Of a DNA stretch of 64,000 nt, positions 20,725 to 30,210 are shown in pieces (the stretch's first letter is position 1; the number at the start of each line of letters is the position of its first letter). The DNA lies in contig CBDCTI010000008.1 of assembly GCA_965222025.1 (NCBI GenBank), positions 408,531 to 472,530 on the forward strand, given 5' to 3'. The DNA is from Dehalococcoidia bacterium. Its GTDB lineage: Bacteria > Chloroflexota > Dehalococcoidia > Lucifugimonadales > UBA3495. The notes below the pieces were generated by a model that had not been told where the DNA came from, did not search any database, and saw only the letters and a program-made list of their open reading frames with translations. A program made the translations under genes and the position numbers.

Positions 20725-22428
20725 TGTTGTTGTCCAGCGATTGTGTCCCCTTGAATGAAAAGCGAATATGTCACCCGGTTTAGTCGTCGGAGGTTGGTGA
20801 TCCGGCCAGGGTCTCTGCTTTGGCACGCTCGTTTGCACTGAGTTTCTTTGTAGGCGGAGTCTCCGCCAGGGCGTACTTTCCGGCGGTGTTTCGGTCCATG
20901 CCCAGCTTCCGGGCGATGGCCCGGAGGGAAAGCCCCTGCTCCTTGGCCTGTTGTACCGCCTCCCAGCGAGCCTGCTGGGTTTCCGTGGGCGTCCGGCGCA
21001 ACTGGTGGCGAACTGGCTTTGTCTTCCCACCTCTGCCCCCGGTGGCTACGTCTTCGTCGTTGGCCTCGTTGTCATCGGCGATAACATCGGACGATTCTGA
21101 CGATTCAAGGGCGGCCAGGCGTTCTTGTTGAGCCTCGTTCAGGTGGCTGTTGACCACCCCATCGGCGCCCTCCTGCTGTTCCGGGCCGGGGAAGCAGGCG
21201 TTGGCTGCGCTCCACAGCGCTGAGGAGGGCGGCGGCCCCTCCTGATAATCCACGGCCTCCCCCTGGTACCTGATCATCAGCTACCCGTCGGCCCGTTCCA
21301 TGACGTCCACCCGGAGACCGGCATAGCTGGGGCGTTCCTGTCCAGGCAGCAACTGCAGGACCCGCCAGTGGTACTTCACCGTGTTGTCCCGGGCCACCTT
21401 GCGGGTGTCCTTGATGCAGATGGTCTCGGTCAGAGACAGCTCGGCCGGCACCGGGCGGTAGGCAGTCTCGGGCTGCTCGGCCGCGACCGCGAAGTGGGCG
21501 TTGATCTTGGGCAGAAACTCCTGGAGGACCTCCTTGGCTTGGTCGACGGTGCCGGCCTTGGCAAGGCGCAGTTCGGTTACCAGCCGGTCCTGGAAGGTTT
21601 CCAGCATCCGCTCCACCCGTCCCTTTGCCTGCGGAGAGAGTGCGAATATCTGCTGGATGCCCAGCTCCCGCATCACCCTAGCGAACTGGTGGGTGGTTTC
21701 AACAGGCACCGGCTTCTGACGGGCGTTGTACTTGAAGGCAGCGTGGCGGTCGCTGTAGAGGGCCAGGGGGATTCCCCACTGACGGACCAGGCCCTCCAGG
21801 AGCATCAGGTAGCCGCGGGTGTCCTCGCCGGTGCGGAAATCGGCTTGGGCCACGGTGCCGGTGGCGTCGTCCACGGCGATGAGCAGCGTCAGCTTCGGTC
21901 CCCGGCCCTCCAGCCAGGGGTGCTGGCTGCCGTCAATCTGCACCAGCATGCCCTCCTGTGGCATGCGCCTGCGCCGGAAACGGTGCTGCTGGGAGCGGCG
22001 GCTGCGAGGACTGCCGATGCCGGCCTTGACCAGAATCCGGCGCACCGTGGGGCGGCTCAGGTCGATGCCCTCGCGCTCCCGCAACAACTCGGTGAAGTGG
22101 CTGTGGCTTGCCCGGGCGTAGCCGTTGCTGGCCAGCTTCACCACGGCAGCGGCGGCCGTCTCAGGGACGGCGTTGTGAGGTCTTCGGCCTCGGTTCCCAT
22201 GGGCCAGTGCGGCGGCACCGTTCCTGCGGTAAGCCGCGAGGAGACGCTTGGTGTGGCGTTCACTCACTCCCATGATCCCGGCAGCCTGGGCGATGGGAAG
22301 CTGGTATTCCAGAACGCTGTTGAGTACTTGAATCCTTGCCTGTTCCTGCTGGTTCAACGTTACATCCCTCATAGGGATGACATGTTCGCTGACCAGTTAG
22401 CAGGTGACCGAATCGTAGACCGTCAACA
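20725..22428 (-). mobile_element. ISNCY/IS1202-like element; transposase 20780..22372 has an in-frame TAG at 21281-21283
   Basis: QIDGS.HPW, LYSDRH, SPQAKGRVER; TGTTG..CAACA ends. Confidence 0.8.
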
Positions 22429-22479
22429 CCTTCAGGTATTCCAGCCAGGGCTGTGGTGGGATGACGCTGTACGGCTAGG

Positions 22480-23020
22480 CCAGGGTCTCGGTGAGAGAGT
22501 CCGAGGACAAGAATCTCGACCTGCAGGTGGAGCGGGCTGGTCCGCGCCGGCTGTGCTATGGGCAACATCCGGGCCGAGGAGGCCAGCGGGGCCAAGGACG
22601 ACCGCGGCGACCTTCTGGAGCTCCTGGACCTGGTGGTCGCCGGCGACACCCTGGTGGTCACCCACATCGACCGGCTCTCCCGGGGGCTGACCTGCGGGCT
22701 GCAGGTGATCGAGGCCTGCACCGGGCGAGAGTGGAGTTCCGGTCTCTGTGGAAGACTTCGACACATCGACGGCCACCGGCAAGCTCCAGTTCGCCACGTC
22801 GCTCGCTTTCAGCGAGGGGTGTCGGAACTCGATCAGGGATCGCACGGTCGCGGGCCAGGCGAAGGTGTCGGCCGAATGCCGTTTCCCCGACCGACGGCCT
22901 ACCCTGACCGAGCAGCAACGGGAGTAAATCCGGGCGGAGCGGTCGAAGGGAGTGAGCCAGCGGGAACTGGCCCAGCGCCTGGAGGTCAGCCGCTGGACCA
23001 TCCAACGAGTCGACCGGTAG
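22480..23020 (+). pseudogene. degraded serine resolvase
   Basis: ARVS, EEASG, GDTLVVTHIDRLSR and a C-terminal HTH across frameshifts. Confidence 0.7.
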
Positions 23021-23106
23021 AGAGTCGGGTGGAAATCACAGCCTCGGCACGGAGCAAGGACAAATTTCAGATTGACCCAGCTGCGCTCCCACGGGGATGC
23101 TACGTG

Positions 23107-24894
23107 TTACTTGGCCGCTTCCCGGCCCATCCCTGCAGGGACTTCCAGTCCGAACAGTCCAAATAGTTCCCGGGCAGTGAGAACTCTGGCCAAGTCTATG
23201 GACACGTCATCCACCAACTCGTCGAACAGTTTCTGCTTCTGCTCCAGCACCAGGTCTATGCGGTCCTCGATAGTGTCAGCACATGCATATTTGAAGACGT
23301 GAACGGGAACAGTTTGTCCGAAACGATGGCTCCGGTCCTCGGCCTGCCTTTCCACTGCGGGGTTCCACCAACGGTCCAAGTGGAACACGTAGGACGCCTC
23401 CTGCAGATTCAGACCCAGGCCGCCGGCACGCAGTGACAGAACCAGCACCTTGTGACGCTCGTTCCGGCGAAACTGTTCGATGATTTCCCGTCTCTCTTCC
23501 AGAGAATGGGAACCGGTAAAGGTCAGTGGGAGGAATTCTCGGAGTGCCTCTGCTAGGGCCTCCACGCCGAACCCCGCCCTGGTGTACTGGGAAAACACGA
23601 TCGCTCGGTTGCCTTCGGCCGCCAGGGCTTCCATTCTCTGGTAGATGTCCTCGAACTTGCTCGACTCCCCGGTCTCCGGGTCCGCATTGCAGATCTGTTT
23701 CAGCCGCGAAATCAACTCCAAAACGTGCTGCACCCGCACGTCTCTGCCAAGTTCTTTCAGGTGGACGATCCCCTCTATTTCCGCCCTGTCGTAGCTCCGT
23801 CGCTGGGCTGGCCACAGTTCGACCGATAGCTTCGTGATGGTCTTCGGCGGCAGGTCGTCCAGCACGTCCATCTTCTTGCGACGCAGCTGCAGTTCTTGAT
23901 GCCGTTGCCGGAGAGCCGGTCCTGGCGTGAATCTCCTGGGGGAATCCGGTCCTCCCGAATCGACGAACTCCATGATCGAGGCCAGTTCCTCTTCGCTGTT
24001 CTCCAATGGCGTGCCGGTGAGAGCCCAGGTACGGTGTCGCTTCAGCCCCTTCACTGCCTGGCTGATGGTATTGCGGTTTTTGATACGCTGGGCCTCGTCG
24101 GCGACAACCACGTCCCAGGTTTTTAGACCCACCGGTGAGTAGCCACTTCCGCCAGAGTCAGCCCGGAGTGTTTCGTAGCTCACAATGGCCACGTGCACCG
24201 GGGTGGCCCATTGCCAGCCCCTGTCAGATGGTGCCCCCCGAATCACCATCGCCCGTAGGTCCGGTGCCCATTTGAGAAGTTCTCGTCGCCATTGATCCAA
24301 TATGCTGGCAGGAGCGATCACCAAAGCAGTGGAGATTTCTCCTTTCAGGAAGAGAAGTCGCAGCGCAGCGATCACCTGAACAGTCTTGCCCAAACCCATG
24401 TCATCGGCTAGGAGAAGGCGCTGGCTTTCAATCAGGATCTTCACCCCGTCCAGCTGGAAAGCCATCAGCTCACCAGGCCATTCAACCGTAGAATCAGGCC
24501 CGGGCGACAGGACTGGACCCGACGAAGCCAGAACCCTCCAGAGCCGGTCACGCAACCGGTCCGGCGGCAGGCCTTCAGGCGGTCGGAACCCGCCATAGTC
24601 GGGCGATGGCTCGCCCTCCACCACCTGGTATGTCGAGCTGGGGTTCACCGAAGTGCCTGGCAGGCCACCGAACAGAAACGAGCTCACGGTGTCGACAGGA
24701 CCCACGCCACCAATGAATGTTTGGGACACGGGATCTGGAAGCTGTTGGAAGGCAACCGGGAAGGCCACACACACTGGAGCGGCCGAAGTCGCAGGTGAGG
24801 AATCCACCTCCTCCCCATCGATCTTCCTCCGACTACGCACGAGCCTCCTTAGGCTGTTGATCCCAACTCTGCGAAGCCAGCTCTTTAGCATCAT
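23107..24894 (-). CDS. SNF2-family helicase/translocase
   Basis: LADDMGLGKT, DEAQ, ALTGTPLEN, VFSQY, GGLGLNL, WWNPAVERQAEDRSHRFGQ. Confidence 0.92.
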   Translation of the reverse strand: MMLKSWLRRVGINSLRRLVRSRRKIDGEEVDSSPATSAAPVCVAFPVAFQQLPDPVSQTFIGGVGPVDTVSSFLFGGLPGTSVNPSSTYQVVEGEPSPDYGGFRPPEGLPPDRLRDRLWRVLASSGPVLSPGPDSTVEWPGELMAFQLDGVKILIESQRLLLADDMGLGKTVQVIAALRLLFLKGEISTALVIAPASILDQWRRELLKWAPDLRAMVIRGAPSDRGWQWATPVHVAIVSYETLRADSGGSGYSPVGLKTWDVVVADEAQRIKNRNTISQAVKGLKRHRTWALTGTPLENSEEELASIMEFVDSGGPDSPRRFTPGPALRQRHQELQLRRKKMDVLDDLPPKTITKLSVELWPAQRRSYDRAEIEGIVHLKELGRDVRVQHVLELISRLKQICNADPETGESSKFEDIYQRMEALAAEGNRAIVFSQYTRAGFGVEALAEALREFLPLTFTGSHSLEERREIIEQFRRNERHKVLVLSLRAGGLGLNLQEASYVFHLDRWWNPAVERQAEDRSHRFGQTVPVHVFKYACADTIEDRIDLVLEQKQKLFDELVDDVSIDLARVLTARELFGLFGLEVPAGMGREAAK

Positions 24895-25433
24895 GGGTGG
24901 GAGTAAGCCTCTTCCAATCCCAGACCCGCCCGTTCGAAGGGTTCCAGCAGGTGGTCGCGAGACTCTAGGTATTGGCTCACCGGACCTGCCCTGGAATCCC
25001 CCGAGTCAAGCTCTTTTTTCCAGTACAGAGAAACCAGCTTTCCTTTGCGAAGATCGCAAACTGACTCGGGCAAATCGCCATCGGCGCTGGACGAGACACA
25101 GCACACCGGCACCTGAGCGTCAATATCCTCCGAGAACACCTCCTGTGGGGTCTCGAAGGACAAGCAGAAAACCACGTCGGGTTGAAGTCTGACGGCTTGG
25201 AACAAAGCCTTGGTCAGCTCCGTGACCGCCCGGCGGACCGCCACACCTTGGTTCCACAGTGAGCCGGAGGGCAGGTCCACCCTGGTAAAACAGAACTCCA
25301 GTGGGTCTCCCTGTTGGGAAATGACTAACATGCAGCCTCTGATTCCCTTACTCTCGGCCTCCTTTACGAAGCGAAGGTAGGCAATTCTCACAGGGGCAAC
25401 CCCGGAAGCGATGTCCTGGAAGGGCACAGGCAA
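24891..25433 (-). CDS. hypothetical protein (180 aa)
   Basis: ATGA overlap with the helicase; inside the operon. Confidence 0.75.
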   Translation of the reverse strand: MPVPFQDIASGVAPVRIAYLRFVKEAESKGIRGCMLVISQQGDPLEFCFTRVDLPSGSLWNQGVAVRRAVTELTKALFQAVRLQPDVVFCLSFETPQEVFSEDIDAQVPVCCVSSSADGDLPESVCDLRKGKLVSLYWKKELDSGDSRAGPVSQYLESRDHLLEPFERAGLGLEEAYSHP

Positions 25434-25453
25434 GGCAGTTACCCTTGATTCGG

Positions 25454-26743
25454 TTAGGTTGAACGCTCTTCCGTTGAGGACGCAGAATCTTCGGAGTGCG
25501 CCTGCTCCAGAGTGGGGTCTTCTTCATAGCTGAACGTCAGCTCTGTTTCCTCGATCTCTGGCTCGGAGTCAGGGTAGAGTCGGCGCAGATCCCACTCGTT
25601 TATCCATCGCCTTACATACGACCGAATTGTGCCCTGTCCGCCGCGCCTGGTATCATCGCGGATGTCCGGCACATCCCATTCATATGCCTCGGAATGGATC
25701 GCTTTGAGTTGGTGATAGAGGCTGAGAAGCATCTTTTCGTCAGGCTCGTCGAGATTCCGAACTCCCCGTTCCAAGAGCCGCATCCCAGTTTCAGCCCTGG
25801 CGGCGGTCAGGAGGTCGACATCACGGCCCCTGGCCCTGAGTCTTGGAACTGCCTTGTCACGGTCCTCTTTGTCATCCAGCACGACAGAGGCGAAATCTGC
25901 GGTCAAGGTACCAACGACGGCCAGGCCGGGGTAACGTTCTTCAGTCGCCTGCCCCATCCAACGGGTGAGCTCTGCATAGGAACGGGCCCTCTGCAGGACG
26001 CTGTAGTTGGCGACCAGTTCTATCTCATCCACCAGAACAACCCATCCCATATAGCCTGCTGCTTTGATGAGCTCCAGGACGAACCTGAATTTCTGGGGAG
26101 GCATGTCCCGGGCCGACGGGGCCCGGAATTGATATGCCTGATTCTGACCGATGTGCCTGAGGCCGTCCCTCACGCTCTTGAGTTGAATGCGATCTCCCGA
26201 CCAAAATCTGTTTATCTCGTTCAGCAACTCGGTGTCATTGTCTTTTTCGTGAACCATGAGAGTTGCGGGCAGTATCCGGTGTAACCCGTTGTTCTCCTGG
26301 TTGGCCCACACAAAGAAATCCGCGTATCCCTGAGAGTTGTAATCCAGCCTTTGGGTGATTTCCTCCACCATCTGCCCGGTAACCCCAGGAACCTTGCCGT
26401 TTTCCACAGCGGCCCGGAACATCTTGTCCATGTCAAACAGGGGCGTTTCCTTGCTCACAACCACCCTGCTGCACACGAAGTTCCGGGCCAGTGCCTGGGT
26501 TTCAAGGTAACCCAGCAGGTGGGATTTACCGGTTCCAAAATCCCCGGCAACCAACATGCCCGACCCTGAATCAGGCCCTTCCCCATCGTCCGCGACCCGG
26601 TCCAGCATGGCTTTGAATTCCCGTTCAACCACTGGCTGATTGCATCCAAGAACCGCTACGGCATCGCTGTTGGGAACCCCGTTCCGCAGGGCTTCCAACG
26701 CCCGCCGGCTGTTGAGCCTGGACCTGCCGGTAGATCTCATCAT
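25454..26743 (-). CDS. DUF2791/BrxD-like P-loop ATPase
   Basis: ALEALRNGVP, GDFGTGKSHLL Walker A, GWVVLVDEIE Walker B. Confidence 0.8.
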   Translation of the reverse strand: MMRSTGRSRLNSRRALEALRNGVPNSDAVAVLGCNQPVVEREFKAMLDRVADDGEGPDSGSGMLVAGDFGTGKSHLLGYLETQALARNFVCSRVVVSKETPLFDMDKMFRAAVENGKVPGVTGQMVEEITQRLDYNSQGYADFFVWANQENNGLHRILPATLMVHEKDNDTELLNEINRFWSGDRIQLKSVRDGLRHIGQNQAYQFRAPSARDMPPQKFRFVLELIKAAGYMGWVVLVDEIELVANYSVLQRARSYAELTRWMGQATEERYPGLAVVGTLTADFASVVLDDKEDRDKAVPRLRARGRDVDLLTAARAETGMRLLERGVRNLDEPDEKMLLSLYHQLKAIHSEAYEWDVPDIRDDTRRGGQGTIRSYVRRWINEWDLRRLYPDSEPEIEETELTFSYEEDPTLEQAHSEDSASSTEERST

Positions 26744-27729
26744 CCTAGCGACTCCAGAGCGGGCCCGTCTGACAGGCGGACCAGGGTAGCCATCGGGTTG
26801 CCATGGCTCCGGGCTCTCACTTCATCGGCAATCCTGCTTCTCAGGGCCTGATAAATGAAGAACCCTTTGCCCCCTCGGTCATCATCCAGGAACTCCTCAC
26901 CGGCCAGGACAACCATCAACAGACCATTCAGACGGTCAGTGCTGTCAATAAGTTCACGGAGGAGCTCGTAGTGGTCCATTACCGCAGACCGGGAGTAGAA
27001 ACGGAGTCCGTCCCGAGGATTTCTCCTCAGAGGCACTCGTTCACTGTCCAAGATGACACAGGTCCCCGAGTAACCGACAAGGCGCATCCAGTGAAGCAGG
27101 GACTCCAGGAAATGCCGCGCGTTGGTCCGAACTATGCTGTTGTAGATGGAATAGCGCCGGACGTTGGACACCCGCCGGTTTACGCCGGTCAGCCACTCTA
27201 TCAATGGAACCGCTTCCTGATTCTGGCTTCCGGTCCCCATTTCGGTTAGGCACAGCTGGGTCATGGCCACCCTGAAGTCCCTGGACATGCTGGCGTTACG
27301 AGTAAGGAACTGGAAGATAGCATTCCGCAACTCCAACCCTATCATACTTTCATCTACATCACTGGCCTTGCTAATTGCCTCCAGGACCGGGCTGTCGTCC
27401 GTGATTTCCACCGTGTCCGTCCGGTACCCTGCCTCGGAGGCCAGTCGAAGAATTACCCGGCGGGAGAGCAATCGCCAGTCGACCTGTTCGGCAATTCGGA
27501 AGAATATCTCCTGGAGCATGTGGACCCGGGTTTGCCCTCCGTCCACACCCACCACCAGGTATCCCAGATCTTCAGCCATCGAAGAGAACCGGCTCTTCAA
27601 CAGGGGTGACAGGCCATTCCCGCCGGGCACAGCGAACTTGATGGACGATCCTCCCTCGTTGACGAAACCGTCCAGATATTCGTCCTTGATGATTTGCAGC
27701 CATTCCTGCAATGGGAGAATGTTGGTCAT
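26740..27729 (-). CDS. second DUF2791/BrxD-like protein with degenerate Walker A
   Basis: EYL..GGSSIKF, GYSGTCVILD, YELLRELID, YQALRSRI; no GKS/T. Confidence 0.65.
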   Translation of the reverse strand: MTNILPLQEWLQIIKDEYLDGFVNEGGSSIKFAVPGGNGLSPLLKSRFSSMAEDLGYLVVGVDGGQTRVHMLQEIFFRIAEQVDWRLLSRRVILRLASEAGYRTDTVEITDDSPVLEAISKASDVDESMIGLELRNAIFQFLTRNASMSRDFRVAMTQLCLTEMGTGSQNQEAVPLIEWLTGVNRRVSNVRRYSIYNSIVRTNARHFLESLLHWMRLVGYSGTCVILDSERVPLRRNPRDGLRFYSRSAVMDHYELLRELIDSTDRLNGLLMVVLAGEEFLDDDRGGKGFFIYQALRSRIADEVRARSHGNPMATLVRLSDGPALESLG

Positions 27730-28529
27730 TGCCGCACTCCCGTAAACTGGACCCCGTAGAACAACTCGGTCTCTCCGGAGGGACCAACAAAGGAAATCAC
27801 GCCTTGGGTGCCCCTGGTACCCGTGGAGGCTGGGAATGACACTCTGGCACCCGTCCTTACTTCCCTGACCCCGCTCTCCCTCAGGGCGTAGAGATCTCGG
27901 CCAAAGTCCAGCAGGCTGAAATCCCTTTTGCTCCCAGGAAGCCCTGTGAAGAGGTTGTACATACGGTCCAACCGGACCACCTGACCCACTTCCCCCAGCT
28001 TCAACCGGTCCGACGTATCTGCTTGGGCAAGGGCCAAGTAAGCCTCGTACAGTGATTCCAGAAAAGGTTGAGGGCGAAATCTGGGCGGGCTCTTCTGCAA
28101 CTTCACCAGATCAGCGACCAACTTCGACGGCCGTATTGTCGAGGATTGCCGGCGGCCGATGAGCACAGCCCGATCTACTGGCACCACCCTCACCACGGAG
28201 GGATGAGCAATTATCCTCCCATCCCGTTCAAAGACCTGCAGGCCCTTTCTTTGCGCCACGTCTTTGAGTTCTTCGTTGTAGTCTTCCTCAAGGTATTCCC
28301 GCTCCTCGTCGGCCGTGAAGGGCCATGCTGAAGATGCGTTGTTGATCTCCTGGCCAATCCGGCTGATCATGGCGCCTAGTCTTTCACTGTGCCTCCGGAC
28401 CGCAGCGATGTTGCCTTCCTGGCTCGATTTCCGCAGTTGCCTGGTGATTCTAACGGCGTCGTTCAAGCACGCGAGCACAGTATCTGCAGCACTCTCCGCC
28501 GCCGAGAATCCCTCTTCGAAAGTGGGCAT
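27726..28529 (-). CDS. hypothetical protein (~267 aa), first gene of the operon
   Basis: GGGAGGAG RBS before MPTFEEG; ATGA overlap with the next gene. Confidence 0.75.
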   Translation of the reverse strand: MPTFEEGFSAAESAADTVLACLNDAVRITRQLRKSSQEGNIAAVRRHSERLGAMISRIGQEINNASSAWPFTADEEREYLEEDYNEELKDVAQRKGLQVFERDGRIIAHPSVVRVVPVDRAVLIGRRQSSTIRPSKLVADLVKLQKSPPRFRPQPFLESLYEAYLALAQADTSDRLKLGEVGQVVRLDRMYNLFTGLPGSKRDFSLLDFGRDLYALRESGVREVRTGARVSFPASTGTRGTQGVISFVGPSGETELFYGVQFTGVRQ

Positions 28530-28580
28530 TTCTCCTCCCTGCTTACAGTGGTGATAGTCTCCAGCCGACACCTGACATCC

Positions 28581-29385
28581 TAAACCAAAGCCAAAGCCAA
28601 AGCGAAATGCGCAGGGTAATGCGGTAAATTTGCGGGCCACCGGGTTAGCCGGTTATGGGGTCTGGGAGGGCTGGTGGTGGTGTGAGGCAGATAGCCCGGT
28701 TTCTGGAACAATGGCAGATGGATGTCAGCGATCTTCACCGGCGGCTTTTTCTGGCGCCAACACCCAGGGAGCGGGAACGATGCACGCCATCTGGTGCTAG
28801 CCCAAGGATGGACGGCTTCGGGTGCGGCGCAAGCCTTGGGACGGGACCTTCGCACCATTGGACGATGGGCCGCCGCCTTGATATTCGAGCAGACACCGGA
28901 GGTTCCCGCCCGCCCTTGGCGAGACGCAGCAGGCGGAGTTGAAGGCGGCGGCGCAGGAACTGTCTGCCATGGCTGTGGCCGAACTCGGCAACTGGAACTG
29001 AAAGGTAGTTCATCAGTTTGTCTCGGAGCGATTCGGCATCAACCTGAGACGCAGTGGTTGCCTGAACTATCTGCGTTGGTTGGGATTTGTGCTGAAGCGT
29101 CCCAAGAACCGATTGGTCAAGGCCGACGAAAGGAAGAGGGAGTCTTTCGTGGCGGAGTACGCCGCCCTGACGGAGGGAGCGCGGGGGTCCGAAGCCAAGA
29201 TTCTCTTTGCCTACGAGGCTCATTTCCGGGTGGATACCGAGCTTCAGGGCAAGTGGGTACTGAAGGGTTAACCGGCGTTGGTAGAGTCCGCAGTCTGCGG
29301 CGTAGCGAGAAGGCCAGTTACTATTCGGCGGTGTGTTTGACGACAAGGGAGATCGAGTGGGTGGAACTGGAAGAAAACAACTCGA
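28581..29385 (+). pseudogene. degraded IS630 copy related to 17123-18357
   Basis: same left end; LKRPKNRLVKADE..EAHFR fragments. Confidence 0.8.
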
Positions 29386-29639
29386 TTATACGACGCGTCG
29401 TCGCGGAGCTTGTGGAATGACTCCGTTTGCTTGTGGTGTATGAGGTAGAACCGAGAGGCTGAAGCGCTTGCTGGTGCATAGAACTAGCCATCCAATAGAA
29501 CTGAAGGGAGAAACTGCGACCGTACGGATCACGAGGGTCGGGTTGTCCATACACCACAAGCAAACGGAACCTCTCCAGTAAATCGGTCAGGGTGGCGACG
29601 TTACAGGAGCAGGATGGGGCAGCGTTGACGGTGCGCACC

Positions 29640-29800
29640 GTTGTGAATAACCTCAGGAGCGAGTTGGGCGGCAGCCTGTCCCAACCTCAAGGCCAAGTGG
29701 GCCTTGACGGTACCGCTGTTGCTTACGGCGATGGCGTTCTCTCGGCGTTGGATGTGTTCGCAGCGGGCCAGTTCCATTCGAAGCCGTTTTCTGACTACGC
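29640..29800 (-). pseudogene. IstB remnant
   Basis: ELARCEHIQRRENAIAVSNSGTVKAHLAL is an eroded IstB Walker A region. Confidence 0.55.
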
Positions 29801-29938
29801 GGACTGACAATTTCGCCTGCCACCTTAACTGACGGCATCGTTGTAGGACGACAGCGAAAGTCGGTCAAATTTTCGTCGGTGTTGACGCGTTGGCAAAGCT
29901 ATTTGCCCAGCAGTATCATATAATGATACTGTAATTCT

Positions 29939-30196
29939 ATGCGAAAGGAACACCAGCAGACGCTGGCCGCGATTTTCCGCCATCCCACCCCGTCGGGCAT
30001 AAGGTGGGACGATGCCTTGGCGTTGCTGCAAGCCTGTGGGGCGGAGATTGAGGAGCGCGGAGGTTCGATGACTGCTGTGTTCCTCAACGATGAGTTCATA
30101 TTGTTGCACCGGCCTCATCCGGGCAACGAGATCGACAAGGGTGCTGTGGCGTCGCTGCGCAGATTCTTGGAGCAAGTTGGGATCAGGCCCAGCTAA
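29939..30196 (+). CDS. hicA: HicA-family toxin
   Basis: TLAAIF.HP...IRW.D..LL..EERGGS..HRPHP. Confidence 0.88.
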   Translation: MRKEHQQTLAAIFRHPTPSGIRWDDALALLQACGAEIEERGGSMTAVFLNDEFILLHRPHPGNEIDKGAVASLRRFLEQVGIRPS

Positions 30197-30210
30197 AAGG
30201 GGGCAGGCAG

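Noticed and set aside
21281-21283. amber readthrough (pyrrolysine) in the ISNCY transposase
   Set aside because: a single nonsense mutation in a decaying IS is simpler; no pyl genes seen
23107-28529. complete BREX or Shango system
   Set aside because: no PglZ/PglX/BrxC or TerB domain recognised, and the helicase is SNF2 rather than Lhr type
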